Positions 18,002 to 27,893 of a stretch of 56,554 nt of DNA are shown here, piece after piece (the stretch's first letter is position 1; the number at the start of each line of letters is the position of its first letter). Under the pieces are notes generated by a model. That model saw only the letters and a program-made list of their open reading frames with translations, did no database searches and was not told where the DNA came from. The translations under genes and the position numbers were made by a program. The DNA lies in NCBI GenBank assembly GCA_035483915.1, contig DATHPL010000483.1, positions 1 to 56,554 of the forward strand, in the 5' to 3' direction. Source of the stretch: Bradyrhizobium sp. (GTDB lineage Bacteria > Pseudomonadota > Alphaproteobacteria > Rhizobiales > Xanthobacteraceae).

Positions 18002-18569
18002 TAAAAGATGCGGACTCTTGGTCGCCAACGGGCGCTTGGGGTAGCCGCGGCGCTAATTGCTTGTGTACGAGCGAAATGTATGAGAAGTGTGGCCGGTTCG
18101 GACGGGATTTGCCGGAGCATGCGACGCTGGTTCTTGAAGGAGACTGGCCTTGCCGATTGAACTCCGGCGCATCTTCATGGTCGCGAGCGGGTTTTCAGTA
18201 AGGCGATCCGTTCATGCTCAATGAACAACTCATCGAAGACGATCACCTCAAAGATCCAGGCAAGGCCACAAGAGTCGCGGCAACTAGCTTGACCTTCATG
18301 AGCATGGTTCGATGGCAGGCCGTTCAGCTTTGGTGAAGGCTGGTACGCAAATTCCGTTGATGAGTAGGTGGTCTGCCTGCGTCGCGGTCTGTAGATGGCC
18401 AAATTTTAATCGCCCACTGCATCAAAGTGTTTTTTCTTGCGGGAAGTCCAGGTGGAGATGTCTTGGTTGACGACGGTGATCCGGCGCTATTTAATCCGGC
18501 TCATGTAGTTTGAGTAAGATCGAAATCTTGAGCGCGCAACGATACGTCCAGCAAAATACGGAGATCTCA

Positions 18570-19556
18570 ATGCAGCGGTTTCGGTTCGGGGTGGTCGGCT
18601 TGGTGCTTGGCATCGCAGCTCATTCTTCCTTTGTCGGGCCGGTTCATGCGGATGCGATGAAGCACGTTGCCGTCATCACCATGGTGGATACCCCACAGCT
18701 TGTTGAAGTAAAGGACGGAATTCTCAAAGGGTTGGCGGCGCACGGTTACGTTGAAGGAAAGAACTTGAAGTTCGATTTCAAAAGCGCCCAGGGCAATTTC
18801 GGAACAGCGCAACAGATCGCCCGCCAGTCCGTTGGCGATGCACCCGATGTCATCGTTTCGATCACCACGCCAGTCAGCCAGGCCGTCGTTGCCGCGACGA
18901 AGGATCTGCCAGTCGTCTTTACGACGGTGACCGATCCTGTGAGCGCAAAGATCGTTTCGACGAATGCGCATCCCGGCGGCAATGTGAGTGGAGTGTCGGA
19001 TCTGGTCCCGACCGAGCTTCAACTCAACCTGGTGAAGGAGATCGTGCCCGACCTGAAGACGCTTGGTGTGCTGTACGATTCTTCCCAGGACAGCGCGCGC
19101 GCAACGGCCGATAGCATCAAGAGTTTTGCGCCACAAATGGGATTCAAGGTTATCGAGTCGCCCGCCATGGGCGTCAACAATGTTGCCAGTGCAGCTCAGA
19201 GTCTCGTTGGCCGGGTGGACGCCATCTTCGTACCGAACGACACAATCGTTTATGCCGCCTTTGAAACCGTGGTGAAGGTTGCCCAGGGCGCGCATGTCCC
19301 GTTGTTTTCAGCGGAACGTCGTAGCGTCCAACGCGGATCGATCGGAACCGTGGGTTTCGATTTCGTCCAGATGGGCGTCGAAACCGCCGAGATGGTCGAC
19401 AAGGTGCTGAAAGGCACCAAGCCCGGCGACCTCGATGTTGTCTATATGAAGGACACGCCGAACGGAATCGGCCTCTATCTCAATAGAGCTTCGGCAGAGA
19501 AGATGGGCGTGACGATACCGAAATCCGTGCTGGATCGCGCGGCAACCATTTTCTAG
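18570..19556 (+). CDS. ABC transporter substrate-binding protein (ABC_sub_bind, Trp/Tyr-type)
   Basis: Signal peptide; GYVEGKNL, SAQGN, PVVFTTVTDPV and NVSGVSD motifs. Confidence 0.88.
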   Translation: MQRFRFGVVGLVLGIAAHSSFVGPVHADAMKHVAVITMVDTPQLVEVKDGILKGLAAHGYVEGKNLKFDFKSAQGNFGTAQQIARQSVGDAPDVIVSITTPVSQAVVAATKDLPVVFTTVTDPVSAKIVSTNAHPGGNVSGVSDLVPTELQLNLVKEIVPDLKTLGVLYDSSQDSARATADSIKSFAPQMGFKVIESPAMGVNNVASAAQSLVGRVDAIFVPNDTIVYAAFETVVKVAQGAHVPLFSAERRSVQRGSIGTVGFDFVQMGVETAEMVDKVLKGTKPGDLDVVYMKDTPNGIGLYLNRASAEKMGVTIPKSVLDRAATIF

Positions 19557-19604
19557 AGCATCGACCGCCGGGCCGTCGGACAAATCAGGAGCGAGACTGT
19601 CGCG

Positions 19605-20480
19605 ATGAGTCTTTATGCGTTTGTCGGTGCTCTAGAAACCGGTTTAGTATTCGCGCTCGTCGCTCTGGGGGCTTATGTCACGTTTCGGGTTCTCGACTTC
19701 CCCGACCTGACCGTCGAAGGCTCGTTTCCCTTTGGCGCCGCGGTAGCTGCATCGTTTATGGCCATAGGGGTAAATCCCTGGATCGCGACTTTGCTTGCGA
19801 TGATCGCGGGCGCCATTACCGGGCTGGTGACGGGGCTACTGAACATCCAATTCCGTATCCTGAATATCCTTGCGGGGATATTGACGGCGATCGCGCTGTA
19901 CTCGGTCAATCTGCGGGTGATGGGCCGGCCAAACATCGGACTGATTGGCGTCGATACGGTCTATTCGACAATAGAGCATCTCGGCTTTCCCTCCTTTTAT
20001 GTGCCTGTCATCCTGCTCACTGCGGTCGTGGTCGTCTGCAAATTGTTTCTCGACCTGTTTCTTAGCACCGGATATGGCCTGGCCATGCGCGCCGCAGGCG
20101 CCAACCCGCGAATGGCGCGGGCCAACGGCATCAACGTTGACCGGATGGTCTACCTGGGTCTCGCCATCGCCAATGCATTGACTGCGCTAAGCGGCGCGCT
20201 GTTTGCGCAGATGCTCGGAGCGGCCGATGTCTCGATGGGAATCGGCGTCATCGTCATCGCGTTGGCGGCGGTCATCGGCGGTACCGCACTCTTGCCCTCA
20301 CGCGTGGTCGCACTGGCGACATTGGCCTGCGTTCTGGGCTCGATCTTCTACCGTATCGTGATCGGCCTCGCCTTGAGTTCGAACGCGATCGGCTTCACCG
20401 CCTCCGACGTCAATCTGGTCACGGCGATTCTCGTCGCCGTTGCGCTATATCTTCCAGGCTGCAAGTCCAAACACTCCTGA
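19605..20480 (+). CDS. ABC transporter permease (Trp/Tyr-type)
   Basis: FRVLDFPDLTVEGSF, LYSVNLRVMG and GLAMRAAGAN motifs. Confidence 0.9.
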   Translation: MSLYAFVGALETGLVFALVALGAYVTFRVLDFPDLTVEGSFPFGAAVAASFMAIGVNPWIATLLAMIAGAITGLVTGLLNIQFRILNILAGILTAIALYSVNLRVMGRPNIGLIGVDTVYSTIEHLGFPSFYVPVILLTAVVVVCKLFLDLFLSTGYGLAMRAAGANPRMARANGINVDRMVYLGLAIANALTALSGALFAQMLGAADVSMGIGVIVIALAAVIGGTALLPSRVVALATLACVLGSIFYRIVIGLALSSNAIGFTASDVNLVTAILVAVALYLPGCKSKHS

Positions 20481-20493
20481 CAACGAGTATCGA

Positions 20494-21288
20494 ATGATCC
20501 TGATCGACAAGATCGCCATTACCTTCAATCAGGGCACGCCACTCGAGATGCGCGCGCTGCGCGGTGTGACGCTGGAAATCCCCGACGGACAGTTTGTTAC
20601 CGTGATAGGCTCGAATGGCGCCGGTAAATCGACCCTTTTGAACATCGTTGCGGGGGAAGCACGACCGGACACAGGTCGCGTGCTCGCCGACGGAACGGAT
20701 ATCACCTCGTGGCCCATTCATCGGCGTGCCAGCAAGATCGCGCGATTGTTTCAGGATCCGCGTGCGGGTATTTGCGGCGAGATGTCGATCATTGAAAACA
20801 TGGCGGTCGCGCTGTCGCGTACGTCGCCAGCCCGGTTCGGCTTTGCGATCAATCAATCAGTCCGCAAGCTCGCGCGCGAACGCCTATCGATGCTCAATAT
20901 CGGTTTGGAAAACCGGCTTGAAGATCGCGTGGCGCTGCTCTCGGGCGGGCAGCGGCAGGCCCTATCGTTAATCATGGCGACGCTCGGGCCGACGAAGATA
21001 TTGCTTCTGGATGAGCATACGGCGGCGCTGGATCCGGCGGCAGCGGACCAGGTGATGAAACTGACCGACGACGTGGTTCGATCGCTTGGTATCACCACGA
21101 TGATGGTGACACATAGCATGCGGCAGGCGCTCGATTACGGCAGCAGGATCGTCATGTTGCATCAGGGAGAGGTTATTCTTGACGCGAGCGGCCCGGATCG
21201 CGATGCCCTGGAGGTCGCGGACCTTCTGAAATTCTTCCAGCGCAAGCAGGGTGCGGAGCTTGCCGACGATCAGTTGCTGCTGACCTGA
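20494..21288 (+). CDS. ABC transporter ATP-binding protein
   Basis: GSNGAGKST, LSGGQRQ and LLLDEHTAALDP motifs. Confidence 0.92.
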   Translation: MILIDKIAITFNQGTPLEMRALRGVTLEIPDGQFVTVIGSNGAGKSTLLNIVAGEARPDTGRVLADGTDITSWPIHRRASKIARLFQDPRAGICGEMSIIENMAVALSRTSPARFGFAINQSVRKLARERLSMLNIGLENRLEDRVALLSGGQRQALSLIMATLGPTKILLLDEHTAALDPAAADQVMKLTDDVVRSLGITTMMVTHSMRQALDYGSRIVMLHQGEVILDASGPDRDALEVADLLKFFQRKQGAELADDQLLLT

Positions 21289-23573
21289 TTGGCCGTCTCG
21301 GTGATCGACTTCCACAGCAGTGGCGGCGAAAGCGGTAGGGATGTTATCTTGACATCAAGCGGCCGCAGAGCTGCGGCTACGGCGTTTGCGACGGCTCCGG
21401 CCACGCCAACGATTCCACCCTCGCCGGCGCCCTTGACGCCCAGCGGATTTGTGGACGCCAGCTTTTCACCGTAACTCTCGCCGCGCACCTTGGGAAAGTC
21501 GGTTGCGGTCGGCACGAGATAGTCGGCGAGGGTGCCAGTCAGGAATTGGCCATCCTCATCGTAGATCAGATGGTCGAGAAAGGCGCCGCCGAGCCCCTGG
21601 ACGATCGACCCGATCAATTGGCCATGGACTACCATTGGATTGATCGCCACACCGATATCTTCGGCGGCGTAATAGTCCAGCACTTCGACGGCGCCGGTTC
21701 GAGGATCGACCGCGACATAGGCGGCGTGCGCTCCGTAACTGAAGGTAAGGCCGGTGCTGAAATAGCTGCCGTTCGCTTCGACGGATTGTTCCCGTTCGGC
21801 TGCGTATTTTGCCAGGGTTGGCAAGTCATACAGGATAGTACCGTCGTGGTCCGTGATAGCGCCATTCGCCCATTGCAGGTCGTTTGCTGCGCGATCCATG
21901 ACCTCGTTGGCGAACCGTGTGATCTGTTCGATGAAATTTTTAGCTCCATCGACGACCGCGTTGCCGCCCCTGATCGCGCCGCGGCTGGCAAAGGTGCCGA
22001 AGCCTTCATCAAGATTTTCGGTGGAGGCATTGTGGACACGGATATGTTTCATCTCGATGCCGAGCGTATCGGCAGCAAGTTGCGTAAGGGCGGTTTCCAG
22101 GCCCTGTCCGATCATCGAGCAGCCGGTATGGACTGAGATCGTGCCATCGCGCTCAAGCACCACGCGGGAGTTTTCCTTTGGGCCTCCGCCGGAGCATTCG
22201 ACAAAGCAGGTCAGACCAACGCCATGGCGCCGGCCATCGATTTCCTTGCCGTTCAGAGCACGCAGTCGATCGTACCCAATGGCCTCGAGTACACGATCGA
22301 GGCCGGTCTGGTAGTTGCCAGTGTCGTAAATAAATGGATTTTCGTAAGGTACAAGTTTTCCCGTCGAATAAGGAAGCTCGTCCTCCCTGATCAGGTTGAT
22401 GCTACGAAATTCGGCTGGGTCGATACCGAGATCGTTCGCGGCCATGTCCATCAACCGCTCGCGAAAGAAGTTGGCTTCAAAACGACCTGGTCCGCGATAC
22501 GTGCCGACGGGTGTTTTATTCGAAACGAAGATGGCAACGTCGAATTCGAGCGCTCGAATTCGATATGGCCCGATCAGAAATTGGGCCGTGCGAACCGGAA
22601 CGATACCGCCATTGGTACGGGTATAGGCACCCATGTCGCCGTAGACGGTCCCGCGAAGTCCCAGGATGAGACCTTCACGCGAACACGCGATCTCCAAATC
22701 GCAAGTGATCTCCCGCGAATGGTTGGTTGCCATCAGGTGCTCGCGGCGGTCCTCGATCCACTTGACGGGTCGTCCGATTTTCTTGGCGACGAATGGCACA
22801 AGAAAATCTTCCGGATAAAGTTCTCCGCGAACGCCGAAGCCTCCTCCGACATCGGTGCCCATCATATGAACCTGGTCCATTTCCAGCCCCAGCGCTTCCG
22901 CTGTTGTCTTGCGGTTGAACCAGAGAACTTTCGTGGAACCCCAGATCTTCATTCTGCCGTCGGTCTCGTCCCATGACGCGACGAGGCCGCGCGTCTCCAT
23001 CGGCAGCGCGGTATGGCGATGGCAATAAAAGGTCTCTCGGCGCGTGTAGGCAGCTGCCGCAAACGCCTTCGCCATGTCTCCTTCGGAGACGGTATATCGT
23101 GCTGTGACGTTGGTGTTGTTCTCCTCGAATAATAATGCACCGGGGGTGGAGGCCGTCGCCCAATCGACCACAGGCTGAAGTTGATCGATCTCGATATCGA
23201 TCAGTTCAAGGGCATCTTCTGCCAGCTCCGGCGTCGTAGCGAGGACGACAGCGATCGGTTCGCCGACGTAGCGGACCTTGTCACGTGCGATAGGCCGCTG
23301 CAAAAAGCGTGCGACTCCCTCGACCGGCGCCAGCCGCAGCGGAATCTTCGGGAGAGCATCGAAGTCCGCTCCCGCGAATGCCGCGACGACACCGTTCATT
23401 TCTTTTGCCCGCGTAAGATCGACACGAATGATCCGGCCGTGCGCGATGGGGCTGCGAAAGACGGCCAGATAGATCATGTCGTCGAGCATGATATCGTCGA
23501 CGAAGGTTGCCTCGCCGCGCAGCAACCGGTCGTCTTCAAGACGTTCGAGCGATTGACCAACAAAAGGTTTCAC
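21270..23573 (-). CDS. Xanthine dehydrogenase/CoxL-family molybdopterin-binding large subunit
   Basis: METRG, GGGFGVRG, GTYRGPGR, GQGLET, GTFASRG and KGAGEGG; GTG start overlaps the small-subunit stop. Confidence 0.92.
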   Translation of the reverse strand: MKPFVGQSLERLEDDRLLRGEATFVDDIMLDDMIYLAVFRSPIAHGRIIRVDLTRAKEMNGVVAAFAGADFDALPKIPLRLAPVEGVARFLQRPIARDKVRYVGEPIAVVLATTPELAEDALELIDIEIDQLQPVVDWATASTPGALLFEENNTNVTARYTVSEGDMAKAFAAAAYTRRETFYCHRHTALPMETRGLVASWDETDGRMKIWGSTKVLWFNRKTTAEALGLEMDQVHMMGTDVGGGFGVRGELYPEDFLVPFVAKKIGRPVKWIEDRREHLMATNHSREITCDLEIACSREGLILGLRGTVYGDMGAYTRTNGGIVPVRTAQFLIGPYRIRALEFDVAIFVSNKTPVGTYRGPGRFEANFFRERLMDMAANDLGIDPAEFRSINLIREDELPYSTGKLVPYENPFIYDTGNYQTGLDRVLEAIGYDRLRALNGKEIDGRRHGVGLTCFVECSGGGPKENSRVVLERDGTISVHTGCSMIGQGLETALTQLAADTLGIEMKHIRVHNASTENLDEGFGTFASRGAIRGGNAVVDGAKNFIEQITRFANEVMDRAANDLQWANGAITDHDGTILYDLPTLAKYAAEREQSVEANGSYFSTGLTFSYGAHAAYVAVDPRTGAVEVLDYYAAEDIGVAINPMVVHGQLIGSIVQGLGGAFLDHLIYDEDGQFLTGTLADYLVPTATDFPKVRGESYGEKLASTNPLGVKGAGEGGIVGVAGAVANAVAAALRPLDVKITSLPLSPPLLWKSITETANQVSSN

Positions 23574-24055
23574 GGCTGTGCTTTCTTGCGATATGCCTCC
23601 GCCGCTTCGAGCACCGCCTCCACAATCGGTAGATATCCGGTGCAACGGCAAATATTGCCTGACAGGACGTGTCGTATCCGTTCTTCGGCAGCATCTGGTT
23701 CTTCACTCAGCAGCGCATGCATTGTGGTCAGAATGCCAGGAGTGCAGAAACCGCATTGCAGCGCGTGATGTTTTTTGAAAGCGGATTGCAGCGGCGAAAG
23801 AGTTTCGCCGTGAGCCAAACCTTCGACTGTCGTAATCTCGACGCCGTCGGCTTGCACGGCAAGAATCAGACACGAACGAACTGCGTCTCCGTCGACGATA
23901 ACGGTACATGCGCCACAAACGCCGTGTTCGCATCCTAAATGTGTTCCGGTTAGCCGGAGGCGGCGGCGCAACAACGCCGCAAGTGTCAAACGCGGTTCGA
24001 CACTGACCTTGATGTTTTGTCCATTGACGGTGAGGGCGATCGCGACATCCGTCAT
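23570..24055 (-). CDS. 2Fe-2S small subunit (CoxS-like)
   Basis: GCEHGVCGACT, QCGFCTPG and NICRCTGY motifs. Confidence 0.93.
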   Translation of the reverse strand: MTDVAIALTVNGQNIKVSVEPRLTLAALLRRRLRLTGTHLGCEHGVCGACTVIVDGDAVRSCLILAVQADGVEITTVEGLAHGETLSPLQSAFKKHHALQCGFCTPGILTTMHALLSEEPDAAEERIRHVLSGNICRCTGYLPIVEAVLEAAEAYRKKAQP

Positions 24056-24921
24056 GCAACTTCCTCCCTTTTGCGGGAGGAAGCTGACAGTAACGCGCGC
24101 TCCAGCAGCACGCCAAGAAGGGCGCTGCGGTAGGCGGAGGGCGCATGTAGATCGTCTTGGGGGATGACGGCTTCCCGCAATGCGGAAGTCGCTTCGGCGA
24201 TCACGTTTGTTGTTATCGGCCGATTGAGCAAAACCCTCTCGACATCTCGAATACGCAGCGGCGTATCTGCGACGCCAAAGACGCCGACATGAGGATTGGC
24301 GCAACGTCCATCTTCGTCATCCCAGAACACGATACACCCTGCCATTGCGAAGTCCCCGGTTCGCCGCGAAAACTCCTGGAACGCATAGCGGCGAGCAGGC
24401 GGCCAAGCAGGTAGTCGGATCGAAACGAGAAGCTCGTCTGCCTCGATCGCTGTCGTCAGCACGCTGACAAAAAACTCGTCCGCGGGAACGATGCGAGTGC
24501 CGCGAAGGCTTTTGATCTCGAATTGCGCTTCACAGGCGACCGCAACTGCAGGCATTTCCGCCGACGGATCGGCATGAGAGCAACTTCCGCCGACTGTGCC
24601 TCGGTTACGAATTTGATAGTGTGCGGTATGACCGATGGCTTCCACGAGAAGTGGGTGTTGAACCGCCAATTTCCGATTTTTCAGGACATCGCACCATCGC
24701 GTTAGCGCACCGAGCTTGATGTATCCGGAATCGAACTCCACGCCCTTGAGTTCCGCAATGCGGGAGATATCGACCAAAAGCTTCGGCGCCGTCATGCGCA
24801 GTGCAAGCAGAGGAATCAGACTTTGACCGCCGGCGATCGGCTTGGCATCCTCGGCGGTCATGAACGAAAGTGCTTCGGCGAGGGTGTTCGGCCGTGCATA
24901 GTCGAAAGGGGCCGGCTTCAT
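24052..24921 (-). CDS. FAD-binding medium subunit (CoxM-like)
   Basis: MKPAPFDY, AGGQSLIP, IRNRGTVGGS..HADP and RRTGDFA motifs. Confidence 0.93.
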   Translation of the reverse strand: MKPAPFDYARPNTLAEALSFMTAEDAKPIAGGQSLIPLLALRMTAPKLLVDISRIAELKGVEFDSGYIKLGALTRWCDVLKNRKLAVQHPLLVEAIGHTAHYQIRNRGTVGGSCSHADPSAEMPAVAVACEAQFEIKSLRGTRIVPADEFFVSVLTTAIEADELLVSIRLPAWPPARRYAFQEFSRRTGDFAMAGCIVFWDDEDGRCANPHVGVFGVADTPLRIRDVERVLLNRPITTNVIAEATSALREAVIPQDDLHAPSAYRSALLGVLLERALLSASSRKREEVA

Positions 24922-25349
24922 CGATCGTCTCGCCGATTAATGACGGATTTATCCAGCCGCCTGAAAGCCTTCGAGGCTCTTGCAAGCTCTCCCGAAGTAT
25001 AATCTCGATCAGAAGATGGCTTTGGCTGCATCGATCACGAACATTTCGCAGGCGCCCGCCCAGCCTACGCCGGGACAGTAGGCGATGTTTTATCATACTA
25101 AAACAGATTGAGAAGTATTAAAATATATGGAGTGAGCGAAAACTCAAAAGAATGCAGCGCCGGACCGACAAATCATGCCGAACCGGTGAAGGTTCGGCAA
25201 TAGCAATGCTTACAGATACAATGTCGGCGGCGTGAAACCGTAAGACGCCGATAACGCCTTTCGAGTCATTTCCCCGCGACCTCATCTGACGTTTCAAGCC
25301 ATTGATAGAAGGCATCGCTCCCCCGCTCTTTTGATTATGGTAAGTATTA

Positions 25350-25364
25350 TTTAACAGCGTTAAA
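25350..25364. promoter_or_regulatory. Palindrome TTTAAC-AGC-GTTAAA, putative operator
   Basis: Upstream of the amidohydrolase gene; related boxes at 25108, 33442, 36534 and 37625. Confidence 0.45.
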
Positions 25365-25414
25365 AACCACGGTCGCCGACGCAGCAATTCAACCGGGCAG
25401 TCCAGGGAACATCC

Positions 25415-26413
25415 GTGCCTATCGATATACACGCCCATTATGTCCCGCCAGAACTGATCACTGCGATCGGAGATCGCGGTGCTGATATAGGCATCCGACT
25501 GCGTATGACCGGAGACGGTCAGCCGCCCGCCGTCGCTTTCGATTACGGTTTTGCGGTGCGGCCATTCTTTCCGCAGCTCGTTGAACCCGCCGAATGGCGC
25601 CGTGCCAGTCTCGACCGGCAGGGACTTGATCGGCAATTCGTCGCAACCTGGCCTGATATTTACGGTTTCGGCTTGCCGCGAGAAGCATGCGCCGCCTGGC
25701 ATCGCATGCTCAACGACACGTTGGCCGCATGGTGCAAAAAAAACTCGGATCGGTTCTCGTTCGTCGCTTCGCTTCCATTGATAAATTCCGATGATGCGGC
25801 AGCCGAGCTCGATCGCGCCGCAAGCCTCGGCGCGGTGGCCGTGATGGTTGCCGCCAATGTCGAAGGCGTTAATATCGGCGAATGCCAGCTTGACGGCCTG
25901 TGGGCGCGGTCGCAGGAGCGCGGTCTTCCCATTATTATACACCCGGTTTTTGTCGAGCGCTCTGCACGCGTCGCGCGCTTTGGCTTGACCCAGATTGCTC
26001 AATATACGTTTGATACCACGCTAGGCGTAGGTTCGTTGATCTTCTCCGGGGTATTGGATCGTTTTCCGGCACTCAAGCTGGTGCTATCGCATGGGGGCGG
26101 GACGTTTCCCTATTTGCTTGGCCGATTCGATGTCATGCATGAACGGATGCCGCGCGCGGCCCAAGGGGACGTCGCACAGATGCCGCCGTCCGCCTATGCC
26201 AGCCGCATCGCTTACGACACGATTCTTCATTCTCCCAAGGCGTTGCGGTTTCTGGCCGATACGGTCGGCGTTGCGCAGCTGATGCTCGGCACAGATGAAT
26301 CGTTTCCGCCCGCCGATCGTGATCCGTTGCTAAGTTTAAAGCAGGTGGGCTTCTCGGCAGCCGAGATCAAGATGATCGTGGACACCAATCCGCGTCGCAT
26401 CTTCCCGGTCTGA
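25415..26413 (+). CDS. Amidohydrolase-2 family protein (ACMSD/aromatic acid decarboxylase-like)
   Basis: IDIHAH, IIIHP, SHGGGTFPY, YDT and LGTD motifs. Confidence 0.88.
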   Translation: MPIDIHAHYVPPELITAIGDRGADIGIRLRMTGDGQPPAVAFDYGFAVRPFFPQLVEPAEWRRASLDRQGLDRQFVATWPDIYGFGLPREACAAWHRMLNDTLAAWCKKNSDRFSFVASLPLINSDDAAAELDRAASLGAVAVMVAANVEGVNIGECQLDGLWARSQERGLPIIIHPVFVERSARVARFGLTQIAQYTFDTTLGVGSLIFSGVLDRFPALKLVLSHGGGTFPYLLGRFDVMHERMPRAAQGDVAQMPPSAYASRIAYDTILHSPKALRFLADTVGVAQLMLGTDESFPPADRDPLLSLKQVGFSAAEIKMIVDTNPRRIFPV

Positions 26414-26465
26414 ATTTTTCCAAACCGGGTGTTTCTTGAGTCGGAGACCATCTTGGGATGAGCCC

Positions 26466-27800
26466 ATGAAGAAAAAGATTCACCTCGGTTACGATCTGTC
26501 CTGGACGCATCTTGACGGACGCTGGCGCACGCCCGGTTCGTGGAGCCATCGGCGGTTCCCTGACATCCTCATGTATGAGGAGATTGCGCAGATTGCGGAG
26601 CGTGGGCTCCTCGATTTCATATTCTTCGGTGATGGCAGCGGCATCCCCAGTACATGGAATGGCTCGATCGACGCCGCAGTGCAGTGGGGAATCGGCTGGC
26701 CGCGGCAGGACATGAGCCCATTCATCGCCGCCATGTCGCGCGTCACCCGCCATATCGGCTTCGGCCTGACTTATTCCTCGACATTTATGCATCCGTTCTA
26801 TGTTGCGCGCCTGCTGAACTCGCTCGACCACGTGACCGGCGGTCGGATCGCGTTCAATGTCGTTACCTCGACCCGCAGGGCCGATGCCGCGAATTACGGT
26901 TTCGACGAATTGATGGACCATGCCAAGCGCTACGAACGGATGGAAGAGTTCGTCGACATCTGCAAAGCGCTGTGGGCGAGCGTTGCGCCGGATGCCTTCA
27001 AGTGGGATCGCGAAACCGGAATGGTGGCCGACCCCACCAAGGTCAAGGCCATTCATCACGCCGGAAAGTTCTTCAAGGTCGAAGGCCCGCTTGCGTGCGT
27101 TCCGTCGCCCCAGGGGCGGCCGGTGCTGGTGCAGGCCGGCGCCTCACCGCGTGGTATCAAGGGATCGGCGCATGTCGCCGATCATGTTTTCGCCGCTAGT
27201 CCTGGCCTTGAAAAGCAAATGAGGCATCGCGTCGAGCTCGACAAGGCCCTCATTGCCGAAGGTCGCGATCCCGAAACGGTTGGCATATTCTGGGACGTGG
27301 TGCTGATCGTGGAAGAGTCCGAACACGAGGCGCAGCGCCGCTACGAACGGCTGCTAAAGGCCGTTCCGGCCGAAGGAATTGGAGCCTTTCTATCCCACCA
27401 GATCGGATACGACCTCTCACGATTGCCGGAGCGTTTTACCATCGAAGAGATCAATGCGCAGATCACCGCGACTAATGCATCGCCCGTCGGCTTTTTGAAC
27501 GTCACGCGCGCGCTTGATCCGAAGAAGGAAATGTCTCGAGGCGAATTCTACGAGCGGATGATGCATCATACGACCGCGCACACTCAGGTCGTTTACGGCA
27601 CGCCCAGCAAAATAGCAGACTATCTCGAAGAGATTTTCGTGGCGACTGGCGAAAACGGTGGCTTTATGATTGCTCATCCGCCCGCTACCCCGCGCGACCT
27701 TCTCAACGTGGTGGATTTCCTGGTACCTGAATTGCAGCGGCGCGGACGTTTCCGAAGGGAATATAGCGGCCAGACACTGAGGGAAAATCTTTCGGCGTGA
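26466..27800 (+). CDS. NtaA/DmoA-family FMN-dependent (luciferase-like) monooxygenase
   Basis: AERGLLDFIFFGD, LDHVTGGRIAFNVVTS, SPQGRPVLVQAGAS and VPELQRRGRFR...TLRENL motifs. Confidence 0.92.
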   Translation: MKKKIHLGYDLSWTHLDGRWRTPGSWSHRRFPDILMYEEIAQIAERGLLDFIFFGDGSGIPSTWNGSIDAAVQWGIGWPRQDMSPFIAAMSRVTRHIGFGLTYSSTFMHPFYVARLLNSLDHVTGGRIAFNVVTSTRRADAANYGFDELMDHAKRYERMEEFVDICKALWASVAPDAFKWDRETGMVADPTKVKAIHHAGKFFKVEGPLACVPSPQGRPVLVQAGASPRGIKGSAHVADHVFAASPGLEKQMRHRVELDKALIAEGRDPETVGIFWDVVLIVEESEHEAQRRYERLLKAVPAEGIGAFLSHQIGYDLSRLPERFTIEEINAQITATNASPVGFLNVTRALDPKKEMSRGEFYERMMHHTTAHTQVVYGTPSKIADYLEEIFVATGENGGFMIAHPPATPRDLLNVVDFLVPELQRRGRFRREYSGQTLRENLSA

Positions 27801-27893
27801 TTCTTGATGCTTCCTGAGCACCACAGCCTCGCGAGGCGGCGTCGCTCATCGCTCGACCGCGGGACCAGCCGCGAAATCGGTGCGAGAGATCCG

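Noticed and set aside
17983-18402. Small ORFs in the hydrolase/ABC intergenic gap
   Set aside because: No recognisable family; possibly decayed sequence but not assignable
25118-26002. 294-aa minus-strand ORF as the missing regulator
   Set aside because: Mostly antisense to the amidohydrolase, with no HTH signature
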